NCBI GenBank assembly: GCA_039586795.1
Contig: JBDHJS010000064.1
Span: 1-32,503 of the forward strand
Reading direction: 5' to 3'
From: Gemmatimonadota bacterium
Lineage (GTDB): Bacteria; Gemmatimonadota; Gemmatimonadetes; Palauibacterales; KS3-K002
Length of the DNA stretch: 32,503 nucleotides
Position numbers and translations under genes: made by a program. Below, one piece after another: positions 9,136-18,801 of the stretch. A model generated the notes under the pieces. That model saw only the letters and a program-made list of their open reading frames with translations. It was not told where the DNA came from and did no database searches. Position 1 is the stretch's first letter. Every line of letters starts with the position of its first letter.

Positions 9136-9343
9136 GACGTTGCTTTACCTTCCACGCGACCATCAAGCTAGAGCCAATCTGTTAGTGCTCCGTCAACAGG
9201 CCCTCAACGGTCGCTGGGCAGAGGCTGCGGACATTGAGTGAGCCACATCGCTGGCGGCCAGGGAGCAGCGTGCCCATAATCAGATGCCCCGGCTGGAGTA
9301 GCATCATCCCCATCTGGAGCGTCGATATGAGGTTGCCGGTTCA

Positions 9344-11590
9344 TTGAGGATTCCGGTCACGCGCAAATCTGGGTCATGGGTTGGGACCTGGCTGCTGTGC
9401 GCCCACCTCGTATTGGCAACACACGCCCTGGTCGTCGCACCCCTCGCCGCGCAGGAAGCTCAAACCGACACTGAAGCTGCCGCCGCCGCTACAACCGCCC
9501 GGCCGGCTCTCGCCGTCGGCGAACTCTCCAAGAACCTGGATATAGACGGCGTACTGGACGAGCCCGAGTGGGCGACGGCCCAGCGCATCGAGTCCCTCAC
9601 CATGATCGAGCCGGTGGTGGGTGGGCCGTTGGTCGGTAGGACCGAAGTGTGGGTCCTGGCCGATCGTGACGACCTGGTGATCGGCGTGCTCGCCCATGAC
9701 CCCGACCCGTTGGGCATCGTGGCGTTCACCAAGGTGCGGGACAGTCAGATGCAGAACGAGGACCATATCAAGATCGTCCTCGATCCGTTTCTTGACGGCC
9801 GCACCGGCTACGTGTTCGCGGTGAACCCCGGTGGCGCGCGATACGACGCGCTGGTCGCCCGCCGCGGCGAAGGAGAAGACGCGCGCTGGGACGCGATCTG
9901 GGAAGCGGGGACGGCCCGCGGCGACTACGGCTGGTCGGCTGAGATCAAGATTCCCCTCAAGAGCATCGCCTTCAATGCCCAACTCGACCAGTGGGGCTTC
10001 AATATCGAGCGTCGCACGGAGCGCATCCAGGAGGTGAGCCGCTGGTCGAGTCCTTCGCGCGACTTTCAGCTCACACAGACGAGCCGGGCCGGCCTCATCA
10101 CCCAGTTGCCGCGCTTCAGTACGGGCCTCGGGATCATCGTGAGGCCCTCGCTGGTGGGCGGAGTCGAGAAGAAGTTCATCGATGCGGCCAGCGTCGGCAC
10201 GGTGGAGCCGAGCCTCGACCTGGCGAAGCGGTTCGGTCCCAGCGTTGCGCTGATCGGTACCTTCAATACGGACTTCGCCGAGACCGAGGTCGATACGCGG
10301 CGCACGAACCTCACGCGCTTCTCTCTGTTCTTTCCTGAGAAGCGGACCTTCTTTCTCGAGGGCGCCGACCTCTACGACTTCGGGGTGGGGCTGGTGACCT
10401 TCCGCAGCCCGGACATCGTGCCGTTCTGGACGCGTCGGATCGGCCTCTTAGAGATGGAGCAGGTACCGCTCATCGTCGGCGGCAAGCTCGACGGGAGGCA
10501 CTCCAATTCCAACTTCGGGGCTCTGGTCACTCATACCGGTACGGTGGAGGGTTTGGTGGAGCCGACGACGATGGGCGCGGCGCGCTTCAAGCAGAATGTG
10601 CTGGCGGAATCTTCCGCGGGCGTGATCGCGACCTACGGCGATCCGCAAGGCCGCGCCGATAGCTATCTGGTGGGTGCCGACCTCACGTTTCAGACGTCGC
10701 GTCTGGCCGGGAACAAGAACTTCATCGTGGGCGTGTGGGGCCTGTACACCGATCGTGAAGGGCTGGTCGGTGACAAGAAGGCCATCGGCGGGAAGATCGA
10801 TTACCCGAACGATACGTGGGATGCAGCGCTCACCTACATGTACATCGGGAACGGCTTCGACCCTTCGTTGGGCTTCGTGCCGCGCCGCGGAATACACAAG
10901 GCGAGCGCCGGCGTCGACTTCACGGTCCGCCCATCCTGGACGTGGATGCGGCTGATGCGTTTCGAGCTGCGACCCACGTTCATCGCCTCGCAGAACGGTA
11001 ATTGGGAGAGCTACCGCGTGTTCACGGCGCCGATCAACTGGCGCTTCGAGAGTGGCGAGCGACTCGAATGGAACGTGATGCCGGCAGGCGAGCGTCTGGT
11101 GGAGCCGTTCGAGATTTCCGACGGCGTCGTGATCCCGCCAGGCTCCTACAGCTGGGTGCGCTACCGCGTCGAAGCGGACATCGCCGCGAAGCGCCCGATC
11201 ACCGGGCGCCTGAGCTACTGGTTCGGGGACTTCTATGACGGTTCCCTCGACCAGATCGAGGCTCGGATCGTCCTCAACTTCTGGCAGCTCGTGACCGGCG
11301 AGCTCAACGCCGTACGGAACATCGGCCGGCTGAGTGCAGGCCGGTTCACGCAAGACGTCTTCGGCGCCCGCATCAACTTCAACTTCTCGCCCGACCTCAA
11401 CGTCTCCGCCTTCGTGCAGTATGACAACCAGACCCGTCTGATCGGCGCCAATACGCGCCTACGGTGGACGTTCAGGCCGGTGGGTGACCTGTTCGTGGTC
11501 TACAACCACAATGTCATCGATTCACTGAGCCGCTGGCAGTTAGAATCGAATCAGCTGCTCATCAAGGCGCGGTACGCGCTGCGCTACTAG
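9344..11590 (+). CDS. CBM9-like domain plus DUF5916 exported/outer-membrane protein
   Basis: Signal peptide. Motifs 'IDGVLDEPEW', 'GWSAEIKIPLKSI' and 'NTDFAETEVD...NLTRFSLFFPEKRTFFLEG'. Beta-rich C-terminus. Start codon (TTG) is uncertain. Confidence 0.85.
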   Translation: MRIPVTRKSGSWVGTWLLCAHLVLATHALVVAPLAAQEAQTDTEAAAAATTARPALAVGELSKNLDIDGVLDEPEWATAQRIESLTMIEPVVGGPLVGRTEVWVLADRDDLVIGVLAHDPDPLGIVAFTKVRDSQMQNEDHIKIVLDPFLDGRTGYVFAVNPGGARYDALVARRGEGEDARWDAIWEAGTARGDYGWSAEIKIPLKSIAFNAQLDQWGFNIERRTERIQEVSRWSSPSRDFQLTQTSRAGLITQLPRFSTGLGIIVRPSLVGGVEKKFIDAASVGTVEPSLDLAKRFGPSVALIGTFNTDFAETEVDTRRTNLTRFSLFFPEKRTFFLEGADLYDFGVGLVTFRSPDIVPFWTRRIGLLEMEQVPLIVGGKLDGRHSNSNFGALVTHTGTVEGLVEPTTMGAARFKQNVLAESSAGVIATYGDPQGRADSYLVGADLTFQTSRLAGNKNFIVGVWGLYTDREGLVGDKKAIGGKIDYPNDTWDAALTYMYIGNGFDPSLGFVPRRGIHKASAGVDFTVRPSWTWMRLMRFELRPTFIASQNGNWESYRVFTAPINWRFESGERLEWNVMPAGERLVEPFEISDGVVIPPGSYSWVRYRVEADIAAKRPITGRLSYWFGDFYDGSLDQIEARIVLNFWQLVTGELNAVRNIGRLSAGRFTQDVFGARINFNFSPDLNVSAFVQYDNQTRLIGANTRLRWTFRPVGDLFVVYNHNVIDSLSRWQLESNQLLIKARYALRY

Positions 11591-11896
11591 GCTGTTCGCT
11601 AGGATCCAGCCCGCGATTCCGCCGGGATCGGTTTGAGAAGCAGGCCAGGGACGCGCTTGAAGTGTCGCACGTTCTCGGTCGATTGGATGTTCGGGCAAGG
11701 GAAGCGGGCCGTCCAGTTGTTGTCCGGGTAGACTATTGGACATAGGGGGGCTGGCGTGCCCGGGACGGCGTGCTATCTTCAGATCAGCAAAAGCCCATCT
11801 AACCCGGTACCTGGGATGTATCTCGACAGGAAGACCGACTCGTGAGGCCGTGATCGGCCACGTGTGGTGGTGTGGGCGGTGACGACGGGTGAACGA

Positions 11897-13684
11897 ATGT
11901 TAGGTCTGAGATTGTTCATAGAAAAACTCCAGAATCGCTCGGTCTGGCAGCTGCTGGGCGTGTACCTGGTGGGGTCGTGGATCGCCCTCCAGGTGGTGGA
12001 TATCCTCGCCAACAACTTCGACCTGCCCGCCTGGTTCCCCCGTTTCACTTTGGCTCTGCTGGCGATCGGTCTGCCTGTGGTCCTGGTGACCGGCCTGGTG
12101 CAGAAGCGCCTGGCGCGCTGGGCGGCTGGCGCCGTGGCCGAGACGCCGGCCGAGCGGGGCGCTCCGTCCGCTAGCGGACGGGTCTTCACCTGGCAGAACG
12201 CGATTCGGGGCGGCCTCTTCGCGTTCGCTCTCTGGGCTGTAGTGGCCGCCAGCTGGCTGTTGTTCGGGCCGAGTGCGGGGTTGCAGGCCCGCCTGGCAGG
12301 GGCTGGCGATCTGCGCTCCATCGCCGTGCTTCCGTTGGCCACCGTGCAGACCGACGAGGCGAGCCTGGCGTTCACCAGCGGCATCCACGATGACCTGCTG
12401 ACCCAGCTGTCGAAGATTGACAGCCTGACGACTATCTCGCGCACCTCGGTGATGAAGTATCGGGACACGGAGCTGGGCGTGCGCCAGATCGCCGCCGAGC
12501 TGGGCGTCGCCACCTTGCTGGAAGGCAGCGTCCAGGTGGCGGGCGACCAGGTCCAGGTGAGCGTGCAGCTGGTCGACGCGCGCCACGATCGCCAGCTGTG
12601 GGCCGAGACGTACGATGCGGAGCTCACGACGGCGAACATCTTCGCTATCCAGAGCGATATCGCCCGCCAGATCGCCCTGGCGCTCAGCGCGAAGCTGACG
12701 CCCGCCGTTCAGGTGCGCCTGGCGACGCGACCCACGGAGAGCTTGCAGGCCTACGACCTGTATACCCGGGGACGCTACCTGCACCACAAGCCGGGCGCCG
12801 GCACGAAGTCGGCGCTGGAGGGTGCGGCGCAGCTGTTCCGTCAGGCGATCGAGGTCGACCCGGGCTTCGCTCCGGCCCACGCCGGCCTGGCCGACATCTA
12901 CCTCGATCTGTGGAGCAGCGGCTACCTGCCAGCGGATTCGGCGTTGCCCGAAGCGCGGGCCGCGGCGGAGCAGGCGCTGGCGCTGGACGAGACGCTGGCT
13001 GACGCCCACACCTCGCTGGCCGACGTGTACGAGTCCGAACTGCGGTTCGAGGACGCGGAGCACCACCACCTGCGCGCCCTCGACCTCAACCCGGGCTCGG
13101 CCGAGGCGCACCGGCGCTACGCTCGCCTGCTCCTCGATCTGCGTCGCTTCGGCCAGCTGGTGGCCGAGCTGCGCCGGGCGGTGGAGCTCGACCCGCTGTC
13201 GATCAGTTACCGGCTCTCGCTGACCAGCGGGCTCTGGTTCACGGGCGACTACGCAGGCGGAATCGCCGAGGCGCGCGAGGTGCTGGAGATGGAGCCCGAC
13301 AACCCGGGCGCGCTCTACAGCCTGGGCTTCGCTTCGGTGCTGAACGGCGAGCACGAGCCGGGCATCGCGGCGCTGGAGCGGGCGTTGGAAGTGCGGCCCG
13401 AGTACCCGTTCAACGCCCCCGGTCTGGCGTGGGCCTACGCCCGAGCCGGGCGCCGGGCGGACGCGCTCCGCATGTTGGAGCGAGTGGACGCGCAGGGTCA
13501 GATGCTCAAAGAGATCGCCATCGTCTACGGCGAGCTGGGCGAGCTGGACCGAGCGTTCGAGTACCTGGAGCGGGCTTACCTGGAAGATCCCGGCAGCCTC
13601 ACGTACATCAACTCCGACCCGACGGCCGAAGCGCTCAAGAGCGACCCGCGCTTCGCCGAGCTGGTGGCGCGCCTGGGTTTGTAG
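11897..13684 (+). CDS. membrane-anchored TolB-like domain/TPR repeat protein
   Basis: N-terminal TM helices 'RSVWQLLGVYLVGSWIALQVVDIL'. 'SIAVLP', 'ISRTSVMKY' and 'LLEGSVQ', then TPRs and a 'LKSDPRF' terminus. Confidence 0.88.
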   Translation: MLGLRLFIEKLQNRSVWQLLGVYLVGSWIALQVVDILANNFDLPAWFPRFTLALLAIGLPVVLVTGLVQKRLARWAAGAVAETPAERGAPSASGRVFTWQNAIRGGLFAFALWAVVAASWLLFGPSAGLQARLAGAGDLRSIAVLPLATVQTDEASLAFTSGIHDDLLTQLSKIDSLTTISRTSVMKYRDTELGVRQIAAELGVATLLEGSVQVAGDQVQVSVQLVDARHDRQLWAETYDAELTTANIFAIQSDIARQIALALSAKLTPAVQVRLATRPTESLQAYDLYTRGRYLHHKPGAGTKSALEGAAQLFRQAIEVDPGFAPAHAGLADIYLDLWSSGYLPADSALPEARAAAEQALALDETLADAHTSLADVYESELRFEDAEHHHLRALDLNPGSAEAHRRYARLLLDLRRFGQLVAELRRAVELDPLSISYRLSLTSGLWFTGDYAGGIAEAREVLEMEPDNPGALYSLGFASVLNGEHEPGIAALERALEVRPEYPFNAPGLAWAYARAGRRADALRMLERVDAQGQMLKEIAIVYGELGELDRAFEYLERAYLEDPGSLTYINSDPTAEALKSDPRFAELVARLGL

Positions 13685-13747
13685 TCGGTTTCGGGACCTG
13701 ATGTTGTAGGTGGAAGCGGTCGCCTTTGAGTAGCTCCGGCGCGAGGG

Positions 13748-15166
13748 TCAGGGTCGGATGATGCTAAAGGGAAGGCTGACCGCGGCGGTGAGCCCCGACG
13801 CCGTGGCGATCAGCGTGTAGCCATCGGCGGGCGCGTCGATCATCAAGTCGGCAAAGAGCGCGACTCCATCCGACGCGGCAACGGAGAGCGTACCGCCCAG
13901 ATGCGCCGGCACGCAAGCGATCGCCTCGCCGTCATCGCCGTCCCCCATCGGAACGATCAGCGTCATCGATGCGTCCGTCTTGTCGACTCGCCACAGCGAT
14001 TCCGGATTCGGCGCTCCATCACCCGTAGCGGCATACAGAGTACCGTTGGGATAGAAGGCGAGGCTGGCGACGCCGTCCTCCGATAGGGTGCCCACGCGGG
14101 TCGCTGACAGAGCGTTCAAGTCAATCGTTACAAGATCGCGCTTCTTGCGGTCCAGATTATCCCGCAGTCTCACGATCGCATACACGGTGCCGTCCGTGGG
14201 ATCGGTGGCGAGCCCGTTGATCCCCAGAACGCTGTCATTCGCGATGTCGAGCGAACCCAGCAGGGTGGCGACCGCCGTCGTCGGGTTCAGCTCGTACAAT
14301 TCGTTCACATGCGGTTGACTCGCCAGCAGACGCCCCGCGCCCCCCTGCTCCCAAGCCAGACCCCGTAGTGGGAGGACCCCGTGGTTCCCTATGGTGCTGA
14401 CGGCTCCGGTCAGCGGGTCGATTTGCAGCAACTCCGTGCCGACATCTACCGCAAGGAGGTTACCTGTCGTCGCGTCTCGTGTCATCCCCGCGATCTCGGA
14501 TTGCGGCGATACCGAAATCGCGGGCAGCACTTCGGGCGTGAGCGGGTCCACGTACTGCAGTACGCGGTTGACCGCGCCGGAACCGCTGGCGTGGAATAGG
14601 ATGGCGCCCGGGTTGTCACCCAAGGCGACGGTCACCATGTCGGCCGCCCCTTCGATGCGATTGCCGAGCTGATCCTGAACCTCAATGACGAAAGCAGCGA
14701 GCGTCGTCCTCGCCGTGTCCGCCACGGGCTGCGCGACAAAGGCCAAATGGTCGGGGGGACCAGGGGTGATGGCGAAGGCCGCACTGGTATCGCGCAGTTC
14801 GCCCAGCGATGCCCACAGCGTGTAACCGGAAGCCGACTTGTCGATGGAGAGGTCGCTGAATGAAGCGATCCCGCCGACCGAGGTCACCTGCGTGGTTCCC
14901 GAAAGCCGACCGCCCCCCGGATTCGCGCCGATCCGTACCGTCACCTCTACGGTCGCGTCCGAGACCCGGCTCCCGTCGGCGCCGAGCAGTTCGACTTGGA
15001 TGGCCGGGGTGATCGTGCTACCGGCCGTTACGTCGGCAGGACCAGTCAGGAACCTGACCTCGGCGAACTCACTACCGGCTCCAGTGGGTGAGTCGCAGGC
15101 AATGAGCATTGCTGCCGCGGCGAATACGCCGACGGCGCGGTGGATCGGTTGGCGGGCCATTCGCAT
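13748..15166 (-). CDS. lipoprotein with two Ig-like domains and an inserted beta-propeller
   Basis: Lipobox 'MLIA|C'. Two homologous 'G(A/D)NPG...L(S/G)GT...F(S/A)DL(S/M)ID...GYTL' units. Propeller-like blades ('GLATDPTDGTVYA', 'SLAFYPNGTLYA'). Start is 15166 or 15160. Confidence 0.8.
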   Translation of the reverse strand: MRMARQPIHRAVGVFAAAAMLIACDSPTGAGSEFAEVRFLTGPADVTAGSTITPAIQVELLGADGSRVSDATVEVTVRIGANPGGGRLSGTTQVTSVGGIASFSDLSIDKSASGYTLWASLGELRDTSAAFAITPGPPDHLAFVAQPVADTARTTLAAFVIEVQDQLGNRIEGAADMVTVALGDNPGAILFHASGSGAVNRVLQYVDPLTPEVLPAISVSPQSEIAGMTRDATTGNLLAVDVGTELLQIDPLTGAVSTIGNHGVLPLRGLAWEQGGAGRLLASQPHVNELYELNPTTAVATLLGSLDIANDSVLGINGLATDPTDGTVYAIVRLRDNLDRKKRDLVTIDLNALSATRVGTLSEDGVASLAFYPNGTLYAATGDGAPNPESLWRVDKTDASMTLIVPMGDGDDGEAIACVPAHLGGTLSVAASDGVALFADLMIDAPADGYTLIATASGLTAAVSLPFSIIRP

Positions 15167-15184
15167 AACGGGTCTACGCAGCCT

Positions 15185-16447
15185 CTAGTCCGCGATCCCT
15201 CGCGGATGACAATCGAGGCATCTGGCGCTGTTGTACTGGTATCCGTTTTCGCCTCTGTGCTTGTCGTCCATTCGGCTCTGACTGTGGGCGTGGCAAGATA
15301 AGCAAGTGAATACGCTGTAGTCGGCCGGGTCTGTGTGACAGTCCGAGCAGCTACCCCACTTGCCTCTATGCTTCCCAGCATAGATGGGGAAGAACTGCGA
15401 GTCGTGATCGAACGTGACCTCGGTCCAGGCGTTCCGCGTGTGGCAGTCCTCACAAGTCGTGGGCGTGCCACCGCCCTGGCCATGCGCCACCGTCCACCTG
15501 TCTTCGTGGCAGGCGAAACAATCGCCATCGCCCTGTGCCTGGAAGAGCGGGGCACCGCCGGTAGGATCGTGACACTTAGTGCAGGCGATGGCGTCATGCC
15601 TCCCGGCTAGCGCGAAGCCGCCCGAAGCCGTCGCGTGATCGAAGCTGGCGTTCGACCAGGGGCCGTCAACCGTGTGACAGTCTGTGCAACCGCTGGTCGG
15701 CAAGCCGGTTCCCGCATGCTGCGCGTCGTAGTCAGATTGGTGACAGGCGATGCAAAGACCCTCGTCATTCGTCTGCCAGATAGGAACGCCGTTGTTCGGG
15801 TCGTGACAGGCCGTGCAGGAGAGGCCCGCGTGCGTGCCGATCAGATCGAAGCCGCCCGACGCCAACCCATGATCGAAGGTAACGTCGAGCCACGGGCCCG
15901 CCGCCGTGTGGCAGTCGCCGCAAGTGGTCGGAATACCGGTGCCGCTGTGCTGTCCGTTGTACTCTGCCTGATGGCAGACGATGCACTCGTTCTCGTTCTT
16001 CGTGTTGAACAGCGGCGCGCCGTTGTTCGCATCGTGACACACAGTGCAGGCGAGCCCGGCGTGCGCACCGACCAGGTCAAAGCCGCCCGAGGCGAAGCCG
16101 TGATCGAACCACACATCCGTCCACGGGCCGTTGACGGTGTGACAGTCCGTGCAGGTCGTTGGGATGCCGGAGCCGGCGTGCGGCCCATTGTAATCGGCCT
16201 GGTGACAGAAGATGCAGTTCGTCTCGTCCTTTGTATTGAACAGCGGCGTTCCATTCGGCTGATGGCAGCCGGTGCAATCCAATTGGTCGTGCGCTCCGAC
16301 AATCTCGAAACCGCCCGAGACCTGCGTGTGATCGAAGGTTGCGCCCGTCCACGTGTCGATGCTGTGACACTGCAGGCAGGTGGTCGGGAAACCGCTGCCC
16401 GAGTGCTGCGTATCATAATCGGCCTGGTGACAGGTGATGCAGTCGTT
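15185..16447 (-). CDS. C-terminal part of a giant multiheme cytochrome c (17 CXXCH), out of frame with its N-terminal part
   Basis: From 'NDCITCH' to 'CLDCHPRGIAD' there are 17 CXXCH in triheme repeats. No signal peptide or credible own start. Confidence 0.85.
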   Translation of the reverse strand, partial: NDCITCHQADYDTQHSGSGFPTTCLQCHSIDTWTGATFDHTQVSGGFEIVGAHDQLDCTGCHQPNGTPLFNTKDETNCIFCHQADYNGPHAGSGIPTTCTDCHTVNGPWTDVWFDHGFASGGFDLVGAHAGLACTVCHDANNGAPLFNTKNENECIVCHQAEYNGQHSGTGIPTTCGDCHTAAGPWLDVTFDHGLASGGFDLIGTHAGLSCTACHDPNNGVPIWQTNDEGLCIACHQSDYDAQHAGTGLPTSGCTDCHTVDGPWSNASFDHATASGGFALAGRHDAIACTKCHDPTGGAPLFQAQGDGDCFACHEDRWTVAHGQGGGTPTTCEDCHTRNAWTEVTFDHDSQFFPIYAGKHRGKWGSCSDCHTDPADYSVFTCLSCHAHSQSRMDDKHRGENGYQYNSARCLDCHPRGIAD

Positions 16448-18200
16448 GGTCGTGGCAGCTCGTACACCCCACCGCCGCATGCGCCCCCAGCAGATCAAAG
16501 CCCTGCGAGACCGCCCCGTGGTCGAAGTCCACCACGCCCCAGCCGTCGTTCGTGTGGCAGTCGAGGCACGTGGTCGGGGTCCCTGATCCCGCGTGTTGCA
16601 GGTCATAGTCGGCCTGATGACAGGTAAGGCAGTCCTCGTGACCCGCCGCGTTGAACAGGGGATTGAAGGTGGTCGGGTCGTGGCAGGACGTACAGGCGGT
16701 CTGTTGGTGTCGACCGAGGAGCGCGAAGCCGCCCGCGATCTGTGCGTGGTCGAACGTGACGTTTGACCAGGGGCCATTCACGCTATGACAGTCTGTGCAG
16801 GTTGTCGGCATGCCGGTGCCGGCATGCTGAATGTCATACTCGGCCTGGTGACAGAACAGGCAGTCCGTCTCGTTCGTGGTGGTGAAGATCGGAGTCCCGT
16901 CCAGCCGATGGCAGGCGAGGCAAGCCAATGAGTCGTGCACGCCGATCAGCGCGAAGCCGCCGGAGACCTGCGCGTGATCGAACGTGACGTTGGACCAGGG
17001 ACCGTCGACGGTGTGACAGTCCGCACATGCGGTCGGTGTGCCGGTGCCGGTGTGTTGAACGTCGTAATCGCTCCGGTGGCAGGTCAGGCAGTCATTCTCG
17101 TCCGTCGGGTGCCAGAACGGCGCGTTGTCGTTGTTGACATCGTGGCAGTTGCTGCACGCCAAAGCCGCATGGGCTCCGATCAAATCGAAGCCGCCCGAGA
17201 CGGTGGCATGGTCAAAGTCGACCACTCCCCAACCTTCATTCGTATGGCAATCCAGGCAGGCGGTTGGGATGCCCGTGCCACCATGTTGCCGCTCGTAGTC
17301 GTCCACGTGGCAGATGAAGCACTGGTTTTGCTTGGCACCTTCGAACAGCGGGGCACCCGTGTTCGCGTCGTGGCAGGACGTACATTCGATCTCCTGGTGG
17401 CGGCCGAGGAGATCGAAGCCGCCGGAGACCGTCGCATGGTCGAAGGACACGCTGTCCCAGGCCACCTGGCTGTGACAGTCGGAGCACGATGTCGGAATCC
17501 CACTGCCCCCGTGGATCGAATCGTAGGCCTCCTGATGACAGGCGATGCAATCGTTCGGGTCGGCCGCGTCCCAATAGGACGCGCCGCCCGGCACATCCAG
17601 CTGGTGACAGGCCTCGCATAGGAGCGGCGCGTGCGCGTCGACCAACGCGTAGCCATCCGACGCTCGCCTGTGGTCGACGCTGACGAGCCCGTGTCTGGCG
17701 TCATCGGGATCGCGGTTCATCAGGTGGCAGGCGGGACAGGTCTGCAAAGGAAAGCCGGTGCTGGAGTGACCCGCAGACTTGTGGCAGCCGCTGCAATAGT
17801 CCTCGAGGATCATCAGGGGATCGACGGTGATGATAGCGCTGTCAGCGCCGCCGGCGGCGCTCGCTACGATGGTGGCGTGGCCGATTCCCCTCGCCCTCAC
17901 CAGGCCGTTACCGTCAGCATCCGCGACCGTCGTGTCGGACGAAGACCACGCGACCTGGGCATCCTCCAGTCGTGAGCCGGTCTTGTCGAACGCGAAGGCG
18001 GTAAGCTGAACCGTGTCGCCGATGCTCGTCAGCATCCCGATCTCCGGCCAGACTTCGACCCGACGGCTTTCTTGCGGTTCGACACCCAAGTCCCCGCAAG
18101 CCTGAAGCGCGACAGCGAGGAGCAATCCGGCCGCGAACCCGCGCAGCCGAAGATGACCTGGGCGAACGGGGTGTTTAATGCGGGTCACCCGACCACTCAT
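16413..18200 (-). CDS. N-terminal part of a giant multiheme cytochrome c lipoprotein: lipobox, Big_2-like Ig domain, 18 CXXCH
   Basis: GGAGGGAG RBS before ATG 18200. Lipobox 'ALQA|C'. Ig motif 'GDTVQLTA...WSSSDTTVA...GLVRARGIG'. The repeat pattern is lost after the 18th heme and the frame stops at 16413. Confidence 0.88.
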   Translation of the reverse strand: MSGRVTRIKHPVRPGHLRLRGFAAGLLLAVALQACGDLGVEPQESRRVEVWPEIGMLTSIGDTVQLTAFAFDKTGSRLEDAQVAWSSSDTTVADADGNGLVRARGIGHATIVASAAGGADSAIITVDPLMILEDYCSGCHKSAGHSSTGFPLQTCPACHLMNRDPDDARHGLVSVDHRRASDGYALVDAHAPLLCEACHQLDVPGGASYWDAADPNDCIACHQEAYDSIHGGSGIPTSCSDCHSQVAWDSVSFDHATVSGGFDLLGRHQEIECTSCHDANTGAPLFEGAKQNQCFICHVDDYERQHGGTGIPTACLDCHTNEGWGVVDFDHATVSGGFDLIGAHAALACSNCHDVNNDNAPFWHPTDENDCLTCHRSDYDVQHTGTGTPTACADCHTVDGPWSNVTFDHAQVSGGFALIGVHDSLACLACHRLDGTPIFTTTNETDCLFCHQAEYDIQHAGTGMPTTCTDCHSVNGPWSNVTFDHAQIAGGFALLGRHQQTACTSCHDPTTFNPLFNAAGHEDCLTCHQADYDLQHAGSGTPTTCLDCHTNDGWGVVDFDHGAVSQGFDLLGAHAAVGCTSCHDQRLHHLSPGRL

Positions 18201-18505
18201 CTCCCTCCAGGAGCGACGTTTGCTAGATAAACAATCTGGGGTGCCTCGATCTGAGGCTCCCCTTTGTAGCAACTTCCAGTCCAATAAGTGAACGCCGGAC
18301 AGATCCGACAGCGGGCCGGGCACTCTGTAAGTCGAATGGCGGGCTAGCGTGGCGGCGAAAGCAGCCCTCGAAGGGGATCTGCGGATCGCAAGATTGTGCT
18401 TAATGTCTGCAACTTTTTCCGTCGGAGTGATCGCGGTCGCCTGACCTCTCGCGCGAAACAAACGCGCCGGCGATAGGGTTTACGGGCCCACGCTCCAGCC
18501 TTGGG

Positions 18506-18522
18506 TTGGCCTATGCTTTGCA
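18506..18522 (+). promoter_or_regulatory. candidate sigma54 (-24/-12) promoter for the rightward cytochrome operon
   Basis: TTGGCCTATGCTTTGCA has GG-N10-GC spacing with TGGC and TTGCA boxes, about 280 bp upstream of the first gene. Confidence 0.5.
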
Positions 18523-18801
18523 GCTTGCTTGGGAATCTCGTTCCCGTGGTGCTGGAGGAGCACATCCGAAGTAAGGAGGGGAGATCAGTCTTTCGCGCCT
18601 GGATTGATCCCATCTCGGCCAGTTCGGCGCCAGGGCTGATCAAAAGAAAAGACCTATCGGGTGAGCCAGCGGTTGCCAGGAGCGTGTAGCGAATCGATAC
18701 AACTGACGCGATGCGCAACACCTGCTGTGGGGCAGCAGGTGTGAGCGGAACCCACCGGTCGCGTGCGAGAGCACAATTAGCCATAGCTTGAGAGCTGGAG
18801 C

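Noticed and set aside
16430..16470. Programmed ribosomal frameshift or phase-variable tract joining the two cytochrome halves
   Set aside because: No slippery heptamer or homopolymer run is present, and about 12-14 linker residues are missing, which slippage would not restore.
16448..16777. Track start (16777) for the C-terminal cytochrome ORF as an independent gene
   Set aside because: The first ~110 residues are off-frame translation of the upstream cytochrome, with no signal peptide or RBS.
18201..18461. 87-aa N-terminal extension of the cytochrome ORF
   Set aside because: A strong RBS and lipoprotein signal start at 18200. The extension is promoter-region sequence.
18340..18500. Possible c-di-GMP riboswitch or FNR box in the divergent region
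   Set aside because: A GAAA-capped imperfect hairpin exists, but I could not match the GEMM consensus or TTGAT-N4-ATCAA.
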